Below are positions 23,000 to 33,555 of a stretch of DNA of 64,000 nucleotides, piece by piece (positions within the stretch are counted from its first letter, which is position 1; the number at the start of each line of letters is the position of its first letter). The stretch is from Mobula hypostoma (lineage: Eukaryota), in the NCBI RefSeq assembly GCF_963921235.1, contig NC_086097.1:140988001-141052000 (forward strand). The letters are read 5' to 3'. Under the pieces are notes generated by a model. The model was not told where the DNA came from. It did no database searches and saw only the letters and a program-made list of their open reading frames with translations. Position numbers and translations under genes: made by a program.

Positions 23000-25900
23000 T
23001 TGATTGGCAAGAACATATTAAAGTATGACAGGGGCAAGTGGAGTGGCAATTTCTGGAGCGGCCTTTGTTGGAGTGGTCTCTGTTATATGAGACCACTGAG
23101 AATTCAGCGAGGTGAGGCATGAGTGAAAGAAGGTGATCAAACTGAAGGTAGATTTTATTTTTAGTTTCTTTCTTTATATTTGCACAGCCAGAACAGTAGG
23201 GATGCCACATGGGGTAGTTGAATACACCTCCTGCGTGATGTGGGAAGGCAGGAAGACCTCTAATGTCTCTGATGACTTCACCTGTGAGAAATGCATCCAG
23301 CTGCAGCTTCAGACACCCGACATTAAGGAATTGGAGCTGGAACTGCATAAACTCCAGATCATTTGAGAGACTGAGGCGGCGATTGACAGGATATATAGAG
23401 AGATAGTTACACCCAAAGCTCGGGGCACAGAAGACAGGGTGGTAGTCAGAAAGGAGGAAGAGATTAATTAGCCAACGCAGAGTACCCCTGTGGCCATCCC
23501 ACTCAACAATAGGATACTGTTGCCGCGTGGTGGGGGCGGGGGGGGGGGGCAGTAGTGAGAATGAGCTAGCAGAGGAAAGTCACAGCGCTCAGGTCTCTGG
23601 CACTGAGTCTGGCCAGAAGGGAAGGGAGGATGGGGGATGGAGAACAGGACAGCTGTGATGATAGTGCTTTCGTTTGTTACGGAAACAGTGTGACGGGATC
23701 CTGAATTATCCCTTATGAACTGTGCTTTTAAATAGAGAGAGAGAGAGAGCGCGTGCAGCTGGTGGAGGCACCGCTGAGAGCTGTACAGCACAAACAACTT
23801 GTTATTGAGAGAGAGAGAGAGAGAGAGAGGCGAAGACTGCTCACAGTTTGTTTGGAATTTCTGCGAGGATACTGCCAGCTTCTGAGTACCTACAGAGAGA
23901 GAAGGGAGGAGCTACTTGATGGACAGCTGGTGTTCAGTATGATGAGATAATTACAATGTCAGCTGGTTGTTAGACACACATGGCTTTGGGCGCTGGATGA
24001 TCTTTGTTGTGCCCACAGAAAGGTGGGTTTTTGGAGGAACGATCAGGAGAATCGATCAGAGGCTTTCGCAGTGTGGAAAAGGTGTGACCGGTGGGAAGTT
24101 ATTAGTGTGCCCAACCCTCGCCTGGGTTGATAACCCCCACAGAAGACGGTCCCCTTGTTATGGTCACATTCGGTGACTGCTAAAGGACTCCAGGGAGACA
24201 ACAGGAAGAATTGACGGCATCGGCTTACTCGGACAACCACAACATCTCTCTCTCTCTCTCTCCATCACTACTCAACTCATTACCAGGAACTCAACTGAAC
24301 TTTACCCATCACCGTAAAACTGTATCGATTTAGCCCTTAGGCTTGAAGAGGCTTGGTTTTATATATATATATATATAATTTTTCCTAACCTGTTTGATAT
24401 ATCTGATTTTATATTACTGTATTGCGTAGTTACTAATAAATAGCATTAGTTAACAGCAATACTAGACTCCAAGGTGTTTTCCATCTCTGCTGGTTCTTTA
24501 ACCCGTCACGGAGTACGTTACAAACAGCAAGTAGGTTCTGTGGACGAGAACGAGGTTCCCGTGAGTTATGTTTCCTCCAGGTTGCTAAGGTCCGGGATCT
24601 CACAAATGGAATCCTCAGCTTTTTTAAGTCGGAGGGTGATCAGTCAGAGGCCGTGGTACATATGTGTACCAATGACGTAGGTAGGAAGAGTAGGGAGGAA
24701 TTTCAGTTAGATAAGTGATAAGTTAAAGGACAGGGACTCCAAGGTTGTAATCTCAGAGTTGTTACTCGTGCCACGTGTTGGTGAGGTCAGAAATAGAAAG
24801 ATAAAGCAGTTTAACACATGGCTAAGGACTTGGTTTAGTCGGGTAGGTGTCAGATTTTTTGCTCATCGGGCTCTCTTCCAGAGAAGGTGGGAACTGTACT
24901 GAAGGCTCGGTTTACACGTGCGCTGGATGGGGTGGGGGGGGGGGGAGAGGAAGGGCGGGTTTAAACTAGACTTTCAAGACAATAGAGACCAGAGTACTAG
25001 AACAGACAGCGGACAGTAGATGTTGTTAAGACAGCAGACTGATTCAAGAATCGGAAGGTTCAGCATGTGCGACTAATGTTCTGAGCTGCATATATCTCAA
25101 TACAATAAGTATTGTAGGAGAGGCAAATGAACTCAGGGCATGGAACAGCACATGGAATTATGACATTGTAGCCATTCATGAGACTTGATTACGGGAGGTG
25201 CAGGACTTGCAGCTCAATATTCCTGGGTTCCGTTTTTTTAATACAAGACGGAGTGGGAGGGATTAAAGGGGGAGGTATGGGGTTTGTAGTCATGGGAAAT
25301 ATCACAACATTGCTCGGTCAGGACAGACTGGAGAACTTGTCAAGTGAAGCTTTATGGGTGGAAATGATCAATACAAAAGGTATGAACACGCTAATAGAGC
25401 AATGTTATAGACCACCCAACAGACCGCGGGATTGAGATGAGCAAATCTGTAGAGACATCGCAGCCTGTAGCAAGAAACATAGGAAGAAGATAGGTCTGGT
25501 CCGTGGGTTGATATTCTAAATTGGAGAAACGCCAATTTTTATTGTATCAGAACGGATCTGACAAGTATGGATTGGGGCAGGCTGTTTTCTGGCAAAAGTG
25601 TTCCAGGCAAATCGGTGGCCTTCAAAAGAAACATTCTTAGAGTACAAAGCTCGTACAGGTCTGTCAAAATAAACGGTAAAGATAACAGATGTAGGGAAAC
25701 TTGATGTTCAAGAGATATGGAAACCCTGGTTAAGAAAAAAAAGAGGTGCATAGTAGGTAGGAACAGATGAGGTACTTATGGAGTATAAGAAATGCAAATG
25801 AATATTCAAGAAAAAGAAAGTAGGCTAAAAGAAGGCATGACGTTGTCTTAGCAGACAAGCTGAAGAAGAATCCTTAGGGATTCTACAGATACGTTAAGAG

Positions 25901-27590
25901 CAAAAGGTTTGCAAGGGACAAAATTCGTCTTCAGGAAGATCAGAATGGTAATCTATGAGTGGAGCCAGAAGAGATGGAGGAGACCGTAAATGGATTTTCT
26001 TTTTGCACCTGTATTTACTCGGGAGACAGACACTGAGTCTTTAGAAGTGAGGCAAAGTGGCGACGAGGTCATGGACCCTATAGAGATTACAGAGGACGAG
26101 GTGTTTGCTGTCTTGAGGCACATTTGGGCGGATAAATCCCCAGAAGTCGATAATGTGTTCCTCTGAATCCTGTGGGAGGCAAGTACAGAAATTGCAGGGG
26201 CCCTAGCAGAGATATTTAGATCGTCCTTAGTGACATGTGACAGCGGAAGATTGGAGGACAACTAATGTTGTTCTGCCTTTAAAGAAAGGCTCTGAGTAAA
26301 AAGCAGGAAATTATAAGCTGCTGAGTCTAACATTAGCAGCAGGAAATTTATTGGAAGGTATTCTAAGGGACCGAATATGTGAATATTTAGATAGCTATGC
26401 ACTGTTTAGGCATTGCCAGCGTGGCTTTTTGCGTGCAAGATCATGCCTAACCAAACTAGTAGAGCTTTTCGTGGAGCTTACCAGGAAAGTTGATGAAAAC
26501 AAAGCAGTGGATGCTGTCTATATGGACTTTAGCAAGACATTTGACAAGGTCCAGCATGGGAAGTTAGCCATGAAGGTTCAGTTGTTAGGCATTCAAGATG
26601 AGGTAGTAAATTGGCCAGAGTGCTGTAGTAGATGGTGGCATCCCTGACTGGAGACCTTTGACTAGTGGTGTGTCAGAGGGATCGATGCTGGGTCTGTTGA
26701 TTTTCATCTATAGCAATTTTCTGGATGATAATATGGTTAATTAGATTAGTACATTTGTGGATCACACCAAGACTGAGAGCGTCGTGAACAGTGACGAAGA
26801 CTATTCGAGTTTGTAGAAACAAATGCAAGGTGTTGCTCTTCGGTAGGACCAGCCAAGGTAGGTCTTACAGAGTAGGCTGTAGGAGTTTAGTAGACAAAGG
26901 GATCTGTGAATACAGGTCCCTAATTCATTGACAGTAGCGTCACGGGTAGAAAGGGCCATATTGAAAACTTTTGGTACATTGCCCTTCATAGATCAATGTT
27001 TTCAGTGCTGGAGTTGCGATGTGATGTTGAACTTCTTTAAAATGTTGGTAGGACCTACTTTGGAGTATTTTGTGCGGTTTTTCTCACCTACCTACAGCAA
27101 AGATGTAATAAAGATGAAGAAATACAGAGAAAACTTACCAGGATGTTGCCAGGACTAGAGAACCTGAGTTATAAGGAAAGATTGAATAGGTTAGGACTTT
27201 ATACCTTCAAACGTAGAAGATGGAGGGGAGATTTGATACAGGTATATACAATTATGAAGGGTACAGATAGACTTTTTCCACTGAGGTTGGGCGGGACTAC
27301 AACTAGAGGAGATAGGTTAAGGGTGACAGATGAAAAGTTTAAGAGAAACATAAGGGGAAACGTCTTCTCTCAGAGGTTTATGAGGATGTAGTACGAATTG
27401 CCAGCGCTACTGGTACATGCGGCCTCGATTTCAACGTTTAAGAGAAGTTTGGATAGGTACGTGGTTTTCCGCCGCTTAGAGGGCTGTGGTCCGGGTGCAG
27501 GTCGAAGGAACTAGACAGTTTAAATGACTCGGCTCGGATTAAATTGGTCGAACGCCTGTTTCTATGATGTACTTTTCTATGTCTCTATGA
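23000..27590 (+). mobile_element. Near full-length but degenerate CR1 (ORF1 zinc-finger/esterase plus ORF2 EN-RT), interrupted by a solo LTR
   Basis: ORF1-like SCVMWE...FTCEKCIQLQ at ~23190-23330. EN motifs at ~25100-25450. RT motifs (MDFSKTFDKV, GPTLEYFVRF) at 26351-27391. Tail 'ttttctatgtctctatgact' at ~27575-27592. Confidence 0.8.
23689..24522 (+). mobile_element. Solo LTR (834 bp) with 5-bp TSD AACAG
   Basis: TGTGACG...CGTTACA termini. AACAG at 23684-23688 and 24523-24527. AATAAA at 24435-24440. The host CR1 ORF1 sequence rejoins across it. Confidence 0.85.
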
Positions 27591-28544
27591 CTGATCAACT
27601 TCATTTCCTTTCGATTAGGCCTTGAGTTTGTCCATTGTCTGGATATGCATAGAGTGCGCGAGGGGTGGAGTTTAATCAAACACATGACGATGGATGCTGA
27701 ATTTCAATTTGCCTTTGGTCGTCTTGATGGGACAATGGAGGAAATGGCTGGTAACAGCATGGAGTGGCTGAAGGTGTCGCCAGAATCCTCTCCTACAGAA
27801 CTAGAACCAGGGTAAGAAATGAACATCATTCTGCGGAGGTCAGTCATCAGTAGGTGGCGAGACCACTGCCGCCATGGGCAGGGTGCAGTGCTCGACAAAA
27901 GCAGGAACTTTGATATAATTGAGTATTCTGAAACCTAGTGACCACATAAACAATACATTTATAGAATTACATTTATATGATGCCCTTCATGCAGTAAAAT
28001 TCCAGTAGGTATTTCACGGGAATCCAAATTAAAATTTGTCAAGAATTTAGTAAAGTCTGCCTCTAATACTGCTTTAATTTCGGGTTTCAATGTAAAAATA
28101 ATTTATAAGAATTATTCAATGGCGAAAAGGTTCAATGCGCAAGCAGCTGTATTCACTTCTCCAGATTTCCTCGACACACCAGAAGACAAGGAAACGGCAT
28201 CGGAAGAAGAACGGAAGGACGAGGCCACCAGGCCCGCAGTCCTGCCCCAGCATTCAATACGATCATAGCTAATATGCCCCAGGCCTCAGCAACTACTCCA
28301 TACCACAACCCCATGGACCTCTGTTCTCCGATTCCTACATTCGTTATACTGCACAGATACAAGCCCTTCGGCCTTACTTGACTACACTTTTAATGGCCCG
28401 TGGGAGAGATGTAAATTCATTGTTTCAGGGTGAAACCGCAGGCGACACTACTTCATTCGGAGTTTGAGCTTGGGTGTGTCAGCAGAGACTCCTGGAAAAA
28501 TTTTACAGATATATCACACAAAATATCCAGCTTGTATAGCTCCT

Positions 28545-28830
28545 GCAATGCAAGAGGTTGTAGAGGGTTGTAGACTGAACCAGATCCCTCACGGGCAGAA
28601 CCATCCCCACCATTGGGGACATTTTAAGAGGTAGTGCTTCAACACGGCGGCACTCATTATTAAAGACCCTCACCATCCGGGACACCATTCCCCTTTCTAC
28701 CATCGGGAAGAGGCATAACAGTCCAAGGAACTACACTCAACATTTTAACAACCGTTTCTTCCCCCGGCCATCAGATTTCTGAACAGCCCTTCAAGGCATG
28801 AACACTAGCTCAATCGTCTTCTCATTTATT
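28545..28830 (+). mobile_element. Rex1/Babar-like LINE 3' fragment
   Basis: 'aaagaccctcaccatccgggacacc...taacaaccgtttcttcccccggccatcagatttctgaac' matches the 21600 copy. Confidence 0.45.
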
Positions 28831-29309
28831 AGTTTTGTAACGGATACTTAGTGTCAGGTCACTCGTCCGAGTGCGACTGATACCATGTAACCCAGTACTA
28901 CCTGTCGCGTGGTCGGGTGCTCGGCGACTAAACCGGCTCCCCCACCAGGCTTGCCTGGTGAGCAGGGTGGCTAGACACCGTGCAAGATGAAAACAAGACC
29001 TGTCAAAGGGCAGATGAACCCTCTCGTAGGGTCAACGGCCATTTAGCAGGCACGTGCCGTGAAGCGCAGAAAGGGCATCCCTTGCATCGAAGCTTGGTCT
29101 GGCCAGTCACTGCAACAGATTCCTCCAGCCGTCTTGGACCCCACCACGCCGCTGGATCCCGAAGGGGATGTCGAGAGGGTGGGTCTGGACCTGTGCAATA
29201 CCCTACTCACCTAAAATCCATTCACGCACACGCTGTTCCTTTCTGAGTGGGGTATAAACCCCACTAACTGACTGAAAGGAACCATCATGATCTTATGGGA
29301 TGGATAGAT

Positions 29310-29389
<80 letters not shown>
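29310..29389. repeat. (GA)n microsatellite, ~40 units with GACA interruptions
   Basis: Directly visible. Confidence 0.97.
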
Positions 29390-29391
<2 letters not shown>

Positions 29392-29973
29392 ACGAACTGA
29401 TATGAATGTTTCTGTCTTGCACCGTACTACTGTCGCAAAGCAACTTATTTCGCGACTTACGTCAGTGGTAATAAGCTTGATTCTCATTCTGATTCACCAA
29501 CAGGGCGCAGAGCTGAACAAACAAATGTTGACATAAACGATGCTCGTCAATGACCACGCAAATGAGAAAGTTGAGGGGTTCACATTGAGAGGTATCACAA
29601 GAGATAGGAGGATCTTGCTGACAGTGAGGGTCGAGGAGGTGGAACGAGATTAGGAAACACCAGAGGATAGAGTATGGTAGATATATTTCTGAAATTTCGA
29701 CATCGTAAATTTTAAATCTGCATCACTCCACTAATATTGCCTGTCTTGCTATATTCGGAATAAATTGTGCAAATACGGCCGAGGGGCCGAGTGCGTTGAC
29801 GGGCATTCAAGTAACCTTCTCCTATTGCTGAAAGGAAGAAATCAACCGGGGCGTGCCCCACCCCCTGACACCCGCCCCCTAAGAAAGGCGGCGCTACCAG
29901 TCTACTGTAAAGAAGTGATTTGGACACGGTTCGGGGTAGCAACTGAGGCGGGTTCAGCCCCGACAACAAAAGC

Positions 29974-29988
29974 TGATAAACTGCGGTT
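29974..29988 (+). promoter_or_regulatory. Adjacent GATA (TGATAA) and RUNX (TGCGGTT) motifs in the V#3 promoter
   Basis: TGATAA at 29974-29979 and TGCGGTT at 29982-29988, ~40-50 nt upstream of the ATG at 30026. Confidence 0.4.
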
Positions 29989-30025
29989 CCTCTCAGATTC
30001 CAAACACTGACCCGGCGCAACAAGC

Positions 30026-30458
30026 ATGTGGCAGGGTCCCTGGTTCGTGGTGCTGCTTTTCAGCTGTGCGTTACCAACACCTCTTCAACTTTTATCGCTC
30101 CTTCCCGCCGCGCGGATTCTTTTACCGTTTCTGCTCTTTTTGCAGGTAGAAGTGTGGCTCAGACCCTGACGCAGCCCAAAGCATCGATTACCGCACCTAT
30201 TGGGACAAGGGCGCGAATTTTTTGTCAAATGAATGGACTCTCCGTCAGCAGCCCTTCACTGGTACCAGCCCTTCACTGGTACCAACAGAAACCCGGCAAG
30301 CCTCCCCAAAGGATACTGTACTATGGAGATGGTGTAACGCGGGATTCGGGATTCGGGAAATCCTTCAACGCCGTAAAGATTACAAATTCCGTTGTCCAGC
30401 TCACAATCGAAGTTAACGCTGAAAGCGCTGCCACCTATTACTGCGCCTACTGGGTTTA
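30026..30458 (+). CDS. TRGV: TCR gamma-type V segment #3, open frame with atypical CDR1 (leader exon 30026-30065, intron 30066-30145, V exon 30146-30458)
   Basis: Spliced product is MWQGPWFVVLLFSC-RSVAQTLTQPKASITAPIGTRARIFC-QMNGLSVSSPSLVPALHWYQQKPGKPPQRILYYGDGVTRD...ESAATYYCAYWV. Donor GTGCGT, acceptor 'ctctttttgcag'. Cys 30223, Trp 30277, Cys 30442. Confidence 0.85.
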
Positions 30459-30496
30459 CACAGTATGTAATAGAAAGGAAACTCCGCACAAAAAGC
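30459..30496 (+). other. RSS of V#3 (22-nt spacer)
   Basis: Heptamer CACAGTA (30459-30465), 22-nt spacer, nonamer ACAAAAAGC (30488-30496). Confidence 0.85.
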
Positions 30497-31029
30497 TCGA
30501 CGAGTAGCCAGTCAAACGGAACCGCCGATCCGGAGGCTGCAGCGACCCCCACCCACCGACCCCTGCCTCCAGCTAGACTTGCGCTTACCCATATCTGCCG
30601 GGCAGGAGTTGGAGACTGCACAAGAGGCAGGGATAGAAGCAGCCGGTCTTGACGTCTACCCAATTCCATTAGAAAGAATGAAAGAATTCAGCTTTAGGGA
30701 CAAGGTTGCAACCATGGCGTTGCCCATTCCTGGGACTCTCCCCTATGGAAGCTAAGGTAAGGGGTCTGTCAACCGAAATAGGCTGCGTGGCCTGGCCGGA
30801 GGTGCGGCAGGGATAAGCATATAGTCGGTGATCTTCCGGCGTGGAGCGCTGAGCGTTAACCACAGATTTTTCAATCCCCGAACCCTCTCCTCACGAACGA
30901 GAACTTCCTGCAACAGACAGACAGGCAGACATCTGCCACTTCACTCGGTGCAGATTGCACAAAATTTCCGATTCAGTTTCAGATTTATTTATCATATGTT
31001 AAAGGGTCACCACAACATTATGGACCGGA

Positions 31030-31530
31030 GGGCCTATATTATGCCATATTGCACTCTTTTCTATAACATGGAAGGCCCTCACCGAGAGTACTTTTTGTGC
31101 TCTTGATACTCTTGGCAATTCTTCCAGAGAAGCCATCAGCCAATGGTTGATGGTAGGCGGCAATCAAGAAAATGGATCCTCGACGGTTTGTCCTTAGACG
31201 AAGAAATATTCGATCTGATGTCAAAGTGGAGGACACTCACTGTTACACCACTCTGATGCTAACTGTATCTGTCAGGTATGAGGTACACAGGCATTGTGAT
31301 AGAGGAACCTAGTGCTTGACTGTAAGTAATGTAAGTTGACCAGACACTTCCTCATATGGCACCGGAGTAAGATGATTGCATATTGCAGAAAATCTGGACC
31401 AACTTGCCCCGGGATGCGTGCTGGAGTGCACTCAGCACGAACATTGTAGGAACTTGCAGCACTGTCATGGGCATCATACAGGTTGCATAGGAATGCGGTT
31501 TTGAATTTTTTCACGTGGTATTAACGAATA
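31030..31530 (-). mobile_element. Degenerate LINE endonuclease-region fragment (Rex1/L2-like)
   Basis: Minus-strand remnant 'IFLRLRT...IFLIAAYH.P' resembles APE-domain 'YL.R...i.i.avY.PP'. Confidence 0.35.
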
Positions 31531-31687
31531 ATCGAGAGAACTGGATTCAGCAAACGCTTAGAGACAAGACAATATTTGACTGCTGTAATGAACACCTGCG
31601 GTGAAGAACAGGCTTTGTTTTTAGTCAAGTTGCTTTCGCACAGTTACAACATTGACCCATTAGATGGGAAACTACGTGCCCCAAGAA

Positions 31688-31980
31688 CTTAGCGGTTAGC
31701 ACGACGCTATTACAACTCAGGGGTTCGGAGTTTGGAGTTCAGTTCTGGCACTGCCTGTAAGGAGTCTCTGCAGTTCCTCCCCGTGCAATGCATGGGTTTT
31801 CGCCGGGTACTCCGGTTTCCTCTCACTATCTAAAGACGTACGGAGTAGGTTAACTGATCATCGTAAATTGTTCGTGATTAGGTTAGGGTTCATCGAGGTT
31901 GTCGGGGGTTACTGGGGCGGCGTGACCTGAAGTCCGGAAGGGCTTAATCTACACTGTATCACTAAATAAAGAAATAAAAT
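31688..31980 (+). mobile_element. tRNA-derived V-SINE (HE1-like)
   Basis: tRNA-like head, V-domain 'ttcctccccgtg...gggttttcgccgggtactccggtttcctctcactatctaaagac', A-rich tail 'aaataaagaaataaaat'. Confidence 0.75.
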
Positions 31981-32887
31981 TCCCTCGTGACGTTCTGTTA
32001 ATATAAAGCCAGGCAAATCCAATCTGGCTACTTACAACACAAAACAGGGACCAAAGAACTGTACTCTAGGGATGAGGTGAGAGAGACTGCTTTTGATAAC
32101 AGGACAGTACTTGGTTTACTGTAGTCCCAGTAGCTCTGACAAAAACTCAAGTCAGTGGACATTAAGTGGAGAAAACCCCAAGGGCTGGAGTATTAAAGCG
32201 CTGAAAGGTGGGAGGTTGGAAGTCTTTTCCTAGACCTCTACATTTTCAGTTGCTTCATTAATAAATTTACTACCTTGTCACAAGTGTACAGACAATGACA
32301 ATCTCCAGCAAGTGTTTCCAATTAACTATCCTTGATATTGAATGACTGGAAATACAACCGGACCAGCCACAGAAACACTGGTATAACACGTATGCCCGCA
32401 GAAAAAAGGGATCTCAGGGTTGTAGGTGGTGGCTCTGAAATAAGTTTTACTTTGAACTTTGACATTTAAATGTAGCTGGGTATTCTGGGTCAAACAACAC
32501 ACTTCCTGGCATTTCAAAGCCTTTCCATTATCTGTTAATGACGTTCTTCCCGTTTAGGTGCATGAGTCTGTCTCACACAACATTAAACAAGCTCAATACA
32601 CTCCAAAACAAAGCAATTCCTTGCACTAGCAGCAACCAACTGTTCTGAAGATTCATTCTTGTTACTAGCTACGCTGATATATCTGTAATACATCTAGGCT
32701 ACTTAATGCACTATAGTTATTTATTCAGGTTCCTCTGACAGCTCCTCTCAAACTCACAGTCTACCACCAAGAAAGATTAAGGCAGCTATAACCACTGCTG
32801 CGAGTCACATATCATTTATGGTACGCCATAGTTAAATGTGTCCATGACAATTTTCTCAAATTATATGTAGATTACCTCACCAAAAAG

Positions 32888-33113
32888 TAGTAGCGTCATA
32901 ATTAGCACTGGATTTAATTCCCGCCGGCCTGTAAGGAGTTTCTACTTCTCCCCGTTCTTCCGGGTGCTCCAGTTTCCTCCCAAATTTCAAAGACATACCA
33001 GTACGTACGTTAATCGGTCATTATAAATTATCCCGTGATTATCAAAGGATTAAATCGGGGATTGCTCGAAGTGCCGGAAGGGCCTATTCCTGGCTATATC
33101 GCAATAAATAAAA
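32888..33113 (+). mobile_element. Second, internally deleted V-SINE
   Basis: 'ttctccccgttcttccgggtgctccagtttcctcccaaatttcaaagac' V-domain and 'aataaataaaaa' tail. Confidence 0.7.
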
Positions 33114-33302
33114 AACGAGGAAAAAATTTAATCTCCAGGTGGAAAATTGGGCAGAGCAGGTGACGGTTGGTGGGGCGGGGGTGGGGTGGCACTCTGCGAT
33201 CACTGACTATCCGTTTTTATCTGATTTTAGAAAAAGATAGGACTGGCCATCGAGTTAAAGGCCGAGAAAGGTGAAAGTCCAATTTTGATTTCACACGACA
33301 GG

Positions 33303-33555
33303 TGTCGTAAGGAGGTGGCTAGGAGCGGACCCAAGTGCAAGACACAGACAGTGAAGTACTAGGGACAGAACTAAGATTCAGGGTGAGGCCAACGACATGT
33401 ACACGAAAACCGGGTACCCGGAACACGACTGGACAAGAGAGCTAGGAGCCCGGGCTTGGAATCCGAGCCGGGACTGTACAAGGACCCAGTACCTGGGTCT
33501 TGCCTCTGGCTCGGACCACAGAACTAGGCAAGGATGAGGCTTGGCCGGCAGGCAG
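33303..33555. mobile_element. Putative LTR/retroelement terminus leading directly into the minisatellite
   Basis: Begins with TG ('tgtcgtaaggaggtggctaggagcggacccaagtgcaagacacagac'), a style I recall from fish Gypsy-type LTR ends, and grades into AGGCT-rich units. The other end is outside the window. Confidence 0.35.

Noticed and set aside
30028-30145. ORF-track N-terminal extension of V#3, and read-through of all three V ORFs past the RSS
   Set aside because: The extension is intron read-through; the true leader is in a different frame (ATG 30026) and spliced. The C-terminal tails are RSS and flanking sequence.
879-30458. Assignment of the V segments as Ig VH/VL, IgNAR or NAR-TCR
   Set aside because: No octamer promoter was seen, no nearby D/J cluster as in shark Ig miniloci, and the YYCA(Y/V)W ends and QR(L/I)LY FR2 fit TRGV better. 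A TRDV/TRAV-like family is not fully excluded without a database search.
32040-32075. Possible J segment ('gggaccaaagaactg...ag')
   Set aside because: No FGxG motif, no upstream 12-RSS and no convincing donor.
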